A stretch of 64,000 nt of DNA from Gordius albopunctatus (Eukaryota): contig OZ193909.1 in the NCBI GenBank assembly GCA_964276515.1, positions 8,494,001 to 8,558,000 of the forward strand. The letters are read 5' to 3'. Made by a program: the position numbers and the translations under genes. The notes beneath the pieces were generated by a model. It saw nothing but the letters and a program-made list of their open reading frames with translations, did no database searches and was not told the DNA's origin. Shown piece after piece: positions 1 through 12,200 of the stretch (within the stretch, counting starts at the first letter, position 1; each line of letters opens with the position of its first letter).

Positions 1-473
1 ACATAAATTAATAATATAAATAAGAAAAAACCATTTAACATCTATATAGATTTATTGAGAGTTTTACAATATATCGTCAAATTTAATCAATTGAGGCCCC
101 AAAATATATAAAATAAAGATATTGATCTCGGGTCGCGGTTAGCAAAAATTGAATTCAAAGGGTGGACATCATTTACTTTTTGGAAAATACCTAGTCAGTA
201 TCGTAGCTTACCATTGCAAGTAGTTGAACAAGCTTCAAAAGTGAGATTTATAAAATTAATCACAAAAAAAATTTCTTATCGGCCTCTGGCCGGGTTTAGC
301 AATAAATAAATTAAAAGGTGGGCATTATGATTTTTGTTCGTTGAATTTTTTTACATGTTTAATTTACCGTTATAACAATCCCAGAATCGTAATTTTCCAT
401 TATAGCAATTAACAAGCTGGACAATACATTCACGAGACTCACTTCGTTCATTTTTCGTCGATAGTAAGTCCAA

Positions 474-528
474 CAATTAACACTACCAACGACGGTCCCA
501 AGTCCATGTGAAAAAAGTGGAGGGTTGG
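474..528 (+). ncRNA. Twister self-cleaving ribozyme at the RTE 5' end
   Basis: TAA-CACT-ACC-AAC-G-ACGG-TCCCAAGT-CCATGT-GAAAAA-AGTG-GAGGG-TTGG aligns element by element with the Oryza sativa twister as I recall it (UAA-CACU-GCC-AAU-G-CCGG-UCCCAAGC-CCGG-AUAAA-AGUG-GAGGG). P2 481-484/516-519; T1 CCC 497-499/GGG 522-524; T2 shows a compensatory AC/GT pair in place of GC/GC. P1 is weak. Confidence 0.88.
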
Positions 529-3500
529 CGTCAGGTCGGAAGCCGGCTGTAAAAAGCAACTCCAAACACCATGGCACAAATACGAACTTATACCAGAATG
601 CTAGGGCGTCCTCCCCAAACGACGCGCATTGCATCATCCGCCCGTGCAATGTGAAAAGTATACAAGGGTCACCGCCTCACTCACAACGAAGGCGGTTAAG
701 GAACCTAGTTGTCGAACGGACAAGAGTGGCTAGCTGGAATGTGGGCACGCTGACGGGGAAGAGCATCGAGGTTGCGCAGATGCTAAAAAGGCGAAGGATA
801 CACATAGCGTGTCTACAAGAAACGCGGTGGCATGGAACAAAAGCCAGGGAGCTAGGAGATGGTTACAAGCTATAATACTCGGGTTCCCCATCACGGAAGA
901 ACGGGGTCGGTATAGTGCTTAGCGATTCCTTTAAGGACAAGGTAGTCGAAGTCAAACGATGCTCAGATAGATTGATGTGCATAAATCTGGCGGATCAAGG
1001 CGGCCTTGTCAATGTTATTTGTGCGTATTCGCCCCAGGTTGGATGTTCCGAAAATGAGAAGGACGAATTCTATGAGAAGCTCGAAAAAGAAATACGCTAC
1101 GTGAAGCCTGACGAGAATCTCATCATCGGAGCAGACTTTAATGGGCAAGTTGGGAAAGAAAGGGGCGTGTACGAACGAAATCACGGCGGGCATGGCTATG
1201 GGGTGAAAAATAAAGAGGGAGAGAAGTTACTATAGATGGCGCAAGCTTACGATATGGCCATTGTGAATACCTTATTTTAGAAGCGTACCGAACATTTAGC
1301 GACGTACAGTAGTGGGGATCACCTTACACAGGTCGACTACATATTAGTGAAGCGCAAAAATTTGTGGCAAGTTAAAGATTGCAAGGTTATACCGGGGGAA
1401 GAAATCGCCAAACAACATCGGCCAGTTGTCCTCGATATAGCAAGAAAGATTTTTCCTGTAAGGAGAAAAGTCTACACACCAAGGAAAAAGTACGAAAAGC
1501 TTAAGGATGATCGTGCAAATGAAATGTTTCACGCTCGAGCAACTCCGCTCTTGAAGGTTGCAGGCTTGGAGGGCGACATTAACAAAAGGTGGGGCACCGT
1601 TGCAAATGTTTTAAAGGAAACGGTCTTTCAAATATTGGGACGAACTAAGGGCGGCAGAGCTCACAAGCGTGAGCTATGGTGGTGGAATGACTCGGTCAAA
1701 GAGGTTATAGAAGAAAAGAAGGCGTTGTACCTACGATGGTACAAAACGAAGAAAGGAGAAAACTACGAGGCATATCGTGCAGCGAAACGCAAAGCTAAAT
1801 AGCGGTCGCGATAGCGAAGAACGAGGCTTACACCGAGATGGCAAACAAGCTCGATACCAAGGGCGGCAACTTAGTCATGTATAAACTCGCAAAGATCAGG
1901 GAGAAAAAAAGTCGAGATGTCGGGACACTTAAAGTCATTAAAAGCGAAGAGGGACGAACGTTGTGCAAACCGAAAGAAGTCATCAAAAGATGGAAAGATT
2001 ATTTCCAAAATATGATGAACAAAACGAATGATAGAAGACCGCTAGAGAGGGTGGAACCGAACTCGAACTTGGTTTTACCATTGAAGGTTTATGAAGTAGG
2101 AGCGCAACTAACGAAGATGCGGAAAGGGAAAGCGCTAGGTCCCGATGATTTACCGATCGAAGCTTGGCTTGGGTGCAAAGGAGAAGGAATCGACATAATG
2201 ACAGGCGGATTTAACGCTATGCTATATGAGAGTCGTATCCCTGACCAATGGAGGGAAAGTACGATCATACCCATATACAAAGGTAAAGGAGACGCGCAGG
2301 AATGTGGCAACTTTAGGGGTATCAAGTTGACCTGCCACTCACTAAAACTACTAGAAAGGGTGCTAGTGAAAAGGCTCAATGACGAAGTTTGTCTCTCGCC
2401 CAATCAGTTTGGATTTGTGGCCGGTAAATCAACGATGGACCCAATCTTTGCGTTGAAGCAGACGATGGAAAAATATGGCGACATAAGAAAGAAATTACAC
2501 ATGGTCTTCATCGATTTAGAAAAGGCCTGCGATACGGCTCCGAGAGACTTAATATGGTGGTCCCTTAGAGCCAGAAATATACCCGAATGATATGTTCGAC
2601 TTATCAAGGAAATGTACAATGGCGCGGTTGCATCTGTTAGGACTACCGTAGGAGTAACGAAACCCTTCCGAATAATGATCGGACTACATCAAGGATCAGC
2701 GTTAAGCCCATTCTTGTTTAATCTAATTATGGATACAATAACAAAGGACTTGCACAAGCCTGCCCCTTGGACTATGCTATATGCCGACGATATTGTCCTA
2801 TGCGATGAAACAAGAGAAGGGGTTTTTCATCAGGCGAAAAAATGGTCAGAACGTTTTTCGGAATTCGGGTTAAAGGTCAGCGAGAAGAAAACGGTTTACA
2901 TTCAAACGATGGGCGGTAGTCCGCAAATGCACAAAAATGACGGTCCAATGTACACGGAGGTTGATAAGTTCACATATCTTGGCTCGCTATTACATCAAGA
3001 GGGAGGATGTACCGCCGAAGTCCATTCTCGGATCAAGAAAGCATGGCTCAAGTGGCGCAGCATCTCCGGTGTCATGTGTGACAAAAAGATACCAATTTGG
3101 TTGAAAAGCAAGGCGTACAAAACCATCGTGCGACCGGTCTTGCTTTACGGGAGCGAAACATGGGCTGTAACCACCGCGGAGGAGAAACTCTTGCAAGTCA
3201 CGGAAATGAGAATGGTGCGATGGAGCTTATGCTACACCAAGCTGGATCGCATGACGAACGAATCCTTGATGACAAAGATGGGTATACAAGCGACGAAGGA
3301 CTTCTTAAGAGAAAATCGACTGCGGTGGTACGGCCATGTATTACGAAGAGATGAAGACGATGTCACACGCCAAACGCTGGAGATGGACGTGCCTGGAAAA
3401 AGAGTAAGGGCAGACCACGTGCCACCTGGAAACGATTGGTCGAAAAGGATATGGACGTCAAACAGATGGAAATTGGCATGGCATTTACGCGACTCAGATG

Positions 3501-3565
3501 GAAGAGGCTGCTGAAAACGTACCCACGTCTGTGGGATTTTCAACACGATAAAGAAGAAGAAGAGG
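479..3565 (+). mobile_element. Full-length RTE-clade non-LTR retrotransposon (APE + RT), inactivated by stops and frameshifts
   Basis: APE motifs (ASWNVGTL, IACLQETRW, AYSPQVG, GADFNG, HRPVV) and RT motifs (FRGIKL, QFGF, FIDLEKA, GLHQGSALSP, MLYADD, FTYLGS, RLRWYGHV) in ORF pieces 525-3514. 3' hairpin CCCAC-gtct-GTGGG (3522-3535), (AAG)n tail 3551-3565, 16-bp TSD AGTAAGTCCAACAATT at 463-478 and 3566-3581. Confidence 0.96.
571..654 (+). CDS. Short upstream ORF (27 aa, MAQIRTYTRMLGRPPQTTRIASSARAM) of the RTE element, overlapping the APE-RT frame
   Basis: ATG in strong context (aacaccATGg), open to ATGTGA at 649-654. The APE frame is -1 relative to it and has no ATG upstream of the APE domain. 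Confidence 0.5.
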   Translation: MAQIRTYTRMLGRPPQTTRIASSARAM

Positions 3566-3619
3566 AGTAAGTCCAACAATTGCATAGCGATTAAGAAACC
3601 ACATAAAATGTCTATATGC

Positions 3620-4100
3620 ATTAAAGTTCGAACCTGAGATCATTGCTTTTCATAACAAAATTGTAATACAAGAGACCTGAAACGTAAGTCACATTGGGCA
3701 ATGATCTTTGAGAATGATAGAGTAGTGCGCCCAGGTTCAAAGAGGTTTATTCACATGAGCATTAGAGGGCGTTAAAAAATAATTATAATTGTTAAGGCAC
3801 TAATAGTGTAGATGGATCGGATTATAAGCAATGAACTTTAAGTCAACTGGGATAAAACGGAATATATATGCCTGGAACCGAGAAATAAAGACGAAGAATC
3901 GCATCTGAAAACTGATGACTCGTATTTAAGCAGTAAGAAAGAATTTAAATATCTTGGTTCTAGGGTACACTATAATAATGGGTTAGAAAATGAGAAAGTC
4001 ACAAAAAACGCAGAATGGCTAAAATTCAGGGAGTTAAGTGTGTACTCTGTCACATACCAATCAAACAGGAAGTACAATTATATAGTACCGTTATTGGGCA
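3620..4100 (+). pseudogene. Old degenerate RTE RT fragment, related to the element at 4860-7845
   Basis: 3850-3970 matches 7170-7290 (gataaaacggaatatatatgcctgga...gaatttaaatatcttggttctagggtaca); many indels. Confidence 0.75.
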
Positions 4101-4332
4101 AAGGTGATTTGTGAAGCGGAAAATCCGAGAAAAATCTCGATCTCGTTGAAAATTTCGGTCGAGATCGAGACGAGAATTTTGACCTCGAGACGAGACGTTT
4201 AATCGGCGAAATCTCGACTAAAATTAGGACCATCTTAATCATAATATAGCAAATTTATTTGTGCATTTATTATTTTGGAATCCCATTTGAGATGTTAAAA
4301 ATTGGAATACTTTCGATATTCTGTAATTTACC

Positions 4333-4613
4333 CATAGACTAATAGACTGCTCATTCCCTTTTAAAAAATGTTCCACATTTTAGCAGCCATCTTGAAAAGT
4401 TAAACATGAATTTTGACCAATTTATATAGTTTGATGAATTTTTAAAATCTCTATAATGATCAAAATGGTTGTTTCATGTTATAAAATCAATGATTATTGT
4501 CCAATACAATCCATCGTTATACAAACTGTACTTCACTTATCTAAATGGCGGTCGTTTTGGGCAACACTTTTGATGTGTAGATATATAAGAGTTGAGCAGT
4601 CTATTAGTCTATG
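4333..4613. mobile_element. MITE with CATAGAC termini (P-element-like or hAT)
   Basis: Perfect 21-bp TIR CATAGACTAATAGACTGCTCA; perfect 8-bp TSD AATTTACC (4325-4332, 4614-4621). Confidence 0.92.
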
Positions 4614-4859
4614 AATTTACCACACCAAAGTAACCGCGTATTATTTAAATTTTTATAATTTTAACTCGTTAAATAAAATATGATTGACCCTTAAGACATA
4701 TAAGCATATTTTTAAAATTTCTGGGCTTTTTGAGAAAGTACTAGTGAAATGGAAGTGCTAGATTAAGCCTATCAATACGAGTGGTCTAAAGAAAAGTTTA
4801 ATTCACCAAAATGACGGCATCATAAAGAATAGTAGATAGTCAAGCGCCAAAATCTAACA

Positions 4860-7845
4860 TAGTTCCGTCAGGCTTGGAAGGCCGGGATATCAATGTTCCC
4901 TCATTCCATATAAACCAAAATGTAAACTATGAAAGTTCGTAATAATGAAAGTAATGAAAGCGCTAGGGCGTCCTCCGTAAACGACGCGCATGGTAGGCGC
5001 GCGTATCATGTGAAAAGCTTCCGCAAACGGATGTAGTTAAAGAAACTAGTTTGCTAAGGACGAGATTGAGAGTGGGCTCGCTAAATGTTGGAACGGTGAC
5101 TACAAATGCCGAGAAGTTGCTGACACCCTCAGCAAGCGACGGGTCGATACAGCGTGTATACAGGAAACAAGATGGAAAGGCGCAAAAGCAAGGATGATAG
5201 TTGAAGGCTATAAACTTTCTTTCAATGGCCTAGAAACGAATAAAAATGGCGTGGCAATCATATTAGCCTCCCATCTGCAAGATAAAGTCATTGAGGTACA
5301 AAGAAAAAGTGGGTGACTCATGATGTTGAAACTATGCATAGAAGGTCAAATGATTAATGTAGTTTCCGGATATGCTCGCAAACAGGATGCACAGATAAAA
5401 AAAGAGGACTTTCGGGAAGAATTAGACGAAACGCTGCGAATGATAGCCAGAGCTGAGATAGTTATAATTGGAGCGGATATGAATGGTCACGTAGGCAAAA
5501 CCAGAGAAGGATTTGAACGGTACCATGGTGAAAATGGATACGGCGCGAGAAACGATGAAGGCGACGAAATATTGGAAATAGCCGTAGAATTTGATTTGGC
5601 CCTCACAAATACCTTCTTCAAAAAGAATGTAAATCACATAATAACGTACAAAAGTGTAAATCAATCTTCGCAGATTGACTTCATCCTAATATCAAGAAAG
5701 GAATTAAAGAATGTACGAGATCGTAAGGTGATACCAGGTGAAGCTATTGCAGCCCACCATAGACTTGTTGTGATGAACTATACCATCTCCAAGGCTAAAA
5801 CACAAAAGCCGAAGAGATTAAATGGGAAAATTAAATGGTTCCAACTACCAAAATTGAAGGATATTTACAATGACCAAATAGTTGAAAGGCTGCAAATAGA
5901 TGATCAGCAGAATGCTAACGATATGTGGAATAACATAGCGAACACGGTACGATCCGTAGCGAGATGTGTTCTAGGAGAAGGTAAACCAGGTATACAAAAA
6001 GATAAGGAGACATGGTGGTGGAACGAAGATATGCAACGCCTGGTCAAGTTGAAAAGAAAGCTTTACAAGTTATTGTCAGGCAACAGAAATGAAGAAACAC
6101 GATTGGCATATGCGAAAGCTAAAAACGAGGCAAAACGTTGTGTAGCCAAGGCTAAAACAGAGGTCTACGAAAATTTGAATGCCAAGTTAACCAGTAAAAA
6201 AGGGAAAGAATGATCTACAAAATCGCAAAGACCAGAGCAAGGAACTCAAAGGATGTGGTAAACGTGAAATCTATAAAGAGCAAGGAAAGCATCAGTATAA
6301 CTCTGGACCATCAAATCATAGATGGTTGGGAAGAATATTATAAAGAATTATTAAGCAGTGAAAATGTGTTTTCGGACCACTGCGAAAGCAAGACCTATGA
6401 ATATGACCCAGAGTTAGAAGTGACAGAGGAAGAGGTTGACCAGGTGCTTAAAAAGATGACCATGGGTAGAGCGGTGGGGCCTGTTAGGTGTACATCTACT
6501 TGCAAAGCTGTTTAACAAAATACTTGCAAGTGGTATGATGCCTGATGAGTGGAGGGAAAGTTATGTTATACCTATCTATAAATTGAAGGGAGATGTACAA
6601 GAATTCAACAAATATCGAGGGAAAAAGTTAACGAGTCACGTAATGAAAGTGTGGGAAAAGGTCATAGAAGCTAGACTCCGAAAAATAATATCAATAGATG
6701 AACGACAATTTCGGTTCATGCCTGGAAAGTCGACTTCAGATGCAATACATGGTCTTAGGAGACTTATGGAATTATATAAGGAAAAACAAAAGGATCTTCA
6801 TATTTGTTTCATCAATCTTGAGAAAGCTTTTGATAAGGTACCAAGGCAGTTGATATGGGATAGCCTGAGTTCCAATGGTGTACCCGACGCTAAAGGATAT
6901 GTATAGAAACGCAAAAACCAAAGTTCGGACATCCAGTGATACATCAAAGAGATTCAGTCTAAATGTCGGTGTGTATCAGGGATCGGTCCTAAGTCCATTG
7001 CTCTTCATAACAATAATGGATTCGATAACGAAGGACCTGAAACGCGAATCACCTTTGGCAATGCTCTTTGTGGATGATATCGTCCTGTGCGCAAGCTCAA
7101 ACCTGGAATTAGCAAAGCAGGTAAAAGTGTGGATGGAACGAGTTGAAAGCAAAGGCCTTAGGGTCAACCGAGATAAGACTGAATATGTATGCTTGGAGTC
7201 GGGGAATGAATACAAAGAAACACACCTGCAAATTGATGACTGGTGTTTAAGCAGCAGGAAGGAATTCAAATATCTTGGTTCTAGGGTACAATGTGATGGA
7301 GGTGTGGAAAACGAAATTAAGGAAGGCTGGCTAAAATTCAGGGAGTTGAGTGGTGTCCTATCCTATGTGACAAGCACATACCACTCAAATTGAAAGGACG
7401 GTTATATAACACCGGTACCCACAGTATTGTATGGAGCGTAAACCTGGGCAATTAAGGCAAAAGAGGAGCAAAGCTTGGCTACAATGGAGATGCGAATGTT
7501 AAGATGGATCTTGCAAATAAGCAAAAAGGACCATATAAGGAATCAAGACATAAGGGATAAACTAAATGTACTTCCAATTCAGAGAAAGTTGGTGGCAAGA
7601 AGATTGAGATGGTATGGCCATTTGGAGAGACGGGAGGAAAGTCACTTGGCAAATCGTATCAAGAAAGTGCAAGTCGAAGGTAAGCTAAAGAGAGGGAGAC
7701 CTAAACTGACATGGAAGCATAAAATAGATATGGACTTGAGAAGGTACGAGCTAAAGCGAAGCTGGTGTAAGTTCAGGAATACATGGAGAACCTACCTGAA
7801 GGAGCTGACCACTAAATGTGAAAAACAGCTATAGGAAAAAAAATA
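4860..7845 (+). mobile_element. Second RTE-clade LINE of a different subfamily, near full-length, frameshifted
   Basis: ACIQETRWKG, IGADMNGHVG, QIDFIL, TWWWN, GVYQGSVLSP, LFVDD, FKYLGS, RRLRWYGH in ORFs 5320-7834; short A tract at ~7837-7843; 5' motif shared with element 1. No TSD found, so the 5' boundary is approximate. Confidence 0.92.
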
Positions 7846-8829
7846 TTTTTATCCTTAGCATTAAAATATAATATATACACACAGACATAAATACGTTTTT
7901 ATGAGGTAGAAAATATTTCTAAAGTATCTTAAAATTTCGCAAGAATTAAATCACCCTCTCCAATGATGATATTTTATATTGGTTATGAAGTAATCATGAT
8001 AATTATGTAAATTTGGCCACAAAGCTAAAGATTTTTAGAGCACCCCAGCAACTTCTCTGCATACCGAACCATTGATTTTGAATGCATTATGTTAAATCAT
8101 GAGATTATCAAGAGTATGTTAATGTACTCATGACACAACTCTCAAATCCTCAAGTCATAAATTACATTTCCATTTGTTTTGCCTTGAATTAACTTTTACA
8201 TTATAAATAAGATTTGGCAAGTGAACTCTCTCACTGAATTTTCTGTGCGATTTTGCACTACACTAAAATATACGAACATAAGCTTTATTATTAGTGGCCG
8301 AGTTATTTAAAAAATAGAATAATTAAAAATTTTGGGACGGGGTATTACACTACAATAGATTCGTTGAATTTTTGAATGTAAATATATTTGCTATAAAATT
8401 ATGTATGTGCAAATTATATAAATCCTAAAAAATTTTATTCCTACCATTAACAATGCTGCTTCTATTGTTGTATTTTGTGCATCTAAATACATATGTTATA
8501 AATACTCATAAAAAGTATCCATTCGTACCTTTTAGGTTTTTATAACATTATAATAAACATACAATATATTCTTTAGGAACGAAGTGAATTTCATATGGCT
8601 ACAACTATTTTTTTAAATTATCTTTCTAAAAACATTACTTATTTTTATCAGCGCTAACTAAGGGTCACAGCTAGTTCAAATATGTGACACCTTTATACAG
8701 GGTGTTTAATAAAAAAATGGGGCACTTTTTGATATTAGTAATTTTTATTTATATAATAATTTATATAAAAAATTAAGATAGTTTAAAATTTTTTTCATGA
8801 AAGTCAAGACATATAGAGATTTCTCTTTT

Positions 8830-8918
8830 CTGGGCCAATACGAGATCGCGAGTTTTATATTGACACCCGAGGCGAGATGAGATTTTGCTTTCGAGACCGA
8901 GACAAGAATGAAACACTA
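8830..8918. repeat. DNA-transposon end with CGAGA(C) subterminal repeats; partner cluster at 4125-4220
   Basis: cgagaccgagac/cgagacgag clusters at both positions, ending in gaaacacta. Decayed RTE-like sequence stops near 4110 and appears to resume near 8920. Confidence 0.4.
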
Positions 8919-9266
8919 AAAGTGATGTATGTAGCAGGGACATTCAATTAAAGAAGAGGAAAGTTTGCTTAACATAAGTATGTGAATGTTAGGTAGATCT
9001 TAAAAATATGCAAGAAAAACACTATATGAAATAAAAGGATAAGGTATATATTAAATATGGGTTCGAATTGGAGAAATTTGGTCGTGATTGAGATTCTAGT
9101 GCAGGAATAAATGGGAAAATAACTTGAAGGATCTCTACGCCAAGTGCTGGAACTAATTGAATTAATTAAAATCAACCAACAGATTACAAACTATGACATC
9201 AAGGGAAGTTTTGTCATTTTAAGTTGTTGATAACACATGATATAGAGCGTGAACGTATCATTTTGC

Positions 9267-12200
9267 ATGCAAAGGCATTTAAATTTTGGAATGATAAATT
9301 ATGATATTGAAACTATCTTGAATGATATATTTAGAACGAGTTTTATTTTATTGGCTATATATATGGGAATTACAATTTATAAAAATGGTATTCGAGATTT
9401 ATAACTTACAAATAATTTATTATTAAGGACATAAAATATATAATGGGACGAGAAAAAAAATGCTTTCGCTCTTCATTTCGCTCCCCAAAATAAATACAGT
9501 AGTTAATAAGGATTTAGAAAAGTCAATACTTCAAATTCGAACAACTTTGCACCAAACTTATAAGGATTTTAAATTTTATGATAAAATCCCCAATGGACTT
9601 GATCTGGTATAATAATTAACAAATATAATAAAGATGTAGGATGAAATTTTGGCCCTATCCAAATTGTATCAAACCCTAAGTAGTTTCTAAAAATACATGA
9701 TAAAAATGTATTTTATAGGCAAACAAAATTTATATGAGGGAAAGATATCTGGTTGTGTATATATTGAGCCACTAAGTGAACTCATTCAATTACAAAATGA
9801 AGTGATATATGAATATTAAATAAATTTTTGAATATTTAATATACTTATTAATTATGTATTTACATACATTAGATATTTAAACAATATTCTTATACAAACC
9901 CATTGCATCCTGATATATATCCAGGAATTATGAAAATGGAAGCGGAGGTTGTTCATATGTGTTGTAATCTCTTTGGTGGAAATGAACAATCATGTGGAGT
10001 GGTATTATTCCTTTTGAATAATAAATTCTGTACATAGGAATAAAGGGGGCTTTGTATAAATTTTATCAAGCTTTAATTTTGACTTGCTTTAAAGAAGAGA
10101 AATCTAGAGTCTGTCTTTTATGGGTCATGTTGACATCTTTAATCATTATTTTGCCATTACTATTAGGTTATAATTTAAAAAGGTCTGAAAGATAAACATT
10201 GATTTTAGCCTACCCCATAAGTTTGAATTCTAGGCTTAATTTACAAATTCATAACTTTAGCTAAATTGTATTCTAGAGTTTTTATACCATGTATTCTTTA
10301 TAAATTTGCATGGTAATATAAAATCTTAATATGTTCTATTGATGATTTATTAAACTAGTATCTAGAAATATTTTTATGAAAATATTCATTTTTGATTTCA
10401 TCACCATCTGAGTGCACATTGTGAAATTAGGCATTTTATATGGTGTCGAAATAGTTCTCCTTACTAATTTGGCCACAAGATTGCAAAAGTTGGATTTTTT
10501 TAAATTACTTTTATATAAAATATTTTTAGAATCAATATACCTTAAAGTTTAAAAAGCTAGCATCATTACTTTCGGAAATTGACAAAAATAAAAAAAACAG
10601 TAAAGCGCTTCGAGCGTAATTTTGGCTCTTTGAGTGTCCATAACCCGATATTTTTTGCCCCAAAATGGCTAAAGTTTCAGAACTTACAACTATATTTGAG
10701 ATAACCCTCACCAAATATTATCATAATACCAGAACCAACATTATTGGTCAAAAATCGTCTTGTTTTAACGATTCGACATTTATTACATTTGTATCTAAAT
10801 TCATATAAAAGAATCTTTTCATCAATTTGAGTTGGCTATTGAGTGAAGGTATTTTATCCCTTGATTTGGGATGGATATTTGCCCCGGGCCCAAAGTAATA
10901 AAAAAAATTGACCTTTATTTTTGAACAAACTATTAAACTTTTTTACCAATGTGCTAAGGAAAAACAAACCTCAAAATATATGCTCACAAATTTTTTGTTT
11001 CAATTGTTACTAGTTTGACCCCATCTCCAAGCCATTTCATGCTAGGAAGCTATAGAAATTTGTATCACAAAGTTCTAATGCAAATATTGTTTGCAGCCAA
11101 TCTATACTATTCATTTTTTCCTTCTTTAAGATTTTGTTTAGGATACAAATTAACATAAGTGCTTAATATTTCACCACTTTTTTTAATAAGATTTTTAAGT
11201 AACTTAAGTTATAACTATTTGTAAGTTGTCCTATGATCGTCGTTCATTCAATTACCTTTACGAATTCATTTATTTAATCAACTTGCAGAGGTAATAAGCT
11301 AAAATTAAATTTAAAAAAAACGTTGATTTCCTGCCTAGACATGTTCTAGCCTTTGATGCTATTACACCATTTTAATATATTGTCTTGATAAGATTTAACG
11401 CGGTTAATTAGTAAAAAAGTGAACGATTCTACAATCAAAGCTTTTAAATCATCATCAAAATTAAAATTGTTATTCACCGTTTTATCTTTCTATAAAATTT
11501 TAAAGAACTTTGAAAACTTTTTCTGCATTATTGACTATTGTATTGTATGGCTATAAATTTATCGCTCACTTGCCGCTATCCTTAAATTAAGTTAACAGTA
11601 TAGGAAAAAATTTTAAAATGATTCTTTAAAAAAATCTTACTTTTTGGAAATAAATAACCTATTTTTTGATTTTGTCCTACTACTTGCCTTTAAAATGTTT
11701 GTTAAATATTATGTTTTTATTTTTTAATAAAAATTATCACTCATGCCAATACAAAAATATGGTTAAAAATTTGAGAGTTAGTTTATATTAATTAATCTGT
11801 AAAATATTATTGCTTCGGGCTATTACTTCACCGGGTGAGTCGATAAAAGAGCATGCTTTTTTAATTTTTATATTCTGAATATTATGTGTTGCCCCTTTAA
11901 AATAGATGACCAGTGGAGGCACCGAAAGCATATTGTTAGCCTGCCTGGCTTACAGAAACTACGCTTTCAAAAATTCAGGCATCAATGACCCTGAAATGTA
12001 AATATTTATTTTGAATTAATTTATACAGATTTTGAATTATTGTTTATACGGATAATGATTTTGGAAAATTATTGCGTTACAATATTAAAACGTTTTTTTA
12101 CTACAATTTAACATCCATTATGGAATTGGCAGGTACAAAAAACCTGCAATTTTTTTTTTTGGGGGGGGGAGGGTGACCAAGAGTTTTGCATGGGTCACCC

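Noticed and set aside
2588..2590. TGA at Trp-like positions in TE ORFs (also YV*WP near 56350 and SE*AP at 60974), suggesting TGA=Trp
   Set aside because: The same elements carry TAG/TAA stops and frameshifts, host genes use TGG, and SIRT1 ends in TGA; this is ordinary decay.
2089..3621. Antisense ORFs over the RTE coding region
   Set aside because: Shadow frames of a GC-richer coding sequence with no motifs.
3911..3945. CTGATGA as a hammerhead core (also 41727, 57995, minus strand 48237)
   Set aside because: No properly placed stem II and GAAA, and two of the sites lie in TE coding sequence.
8695..8730. TA-CAGGGTG Tc1/mariner-like terminus
   Set aside because: No matching inverted partner found.
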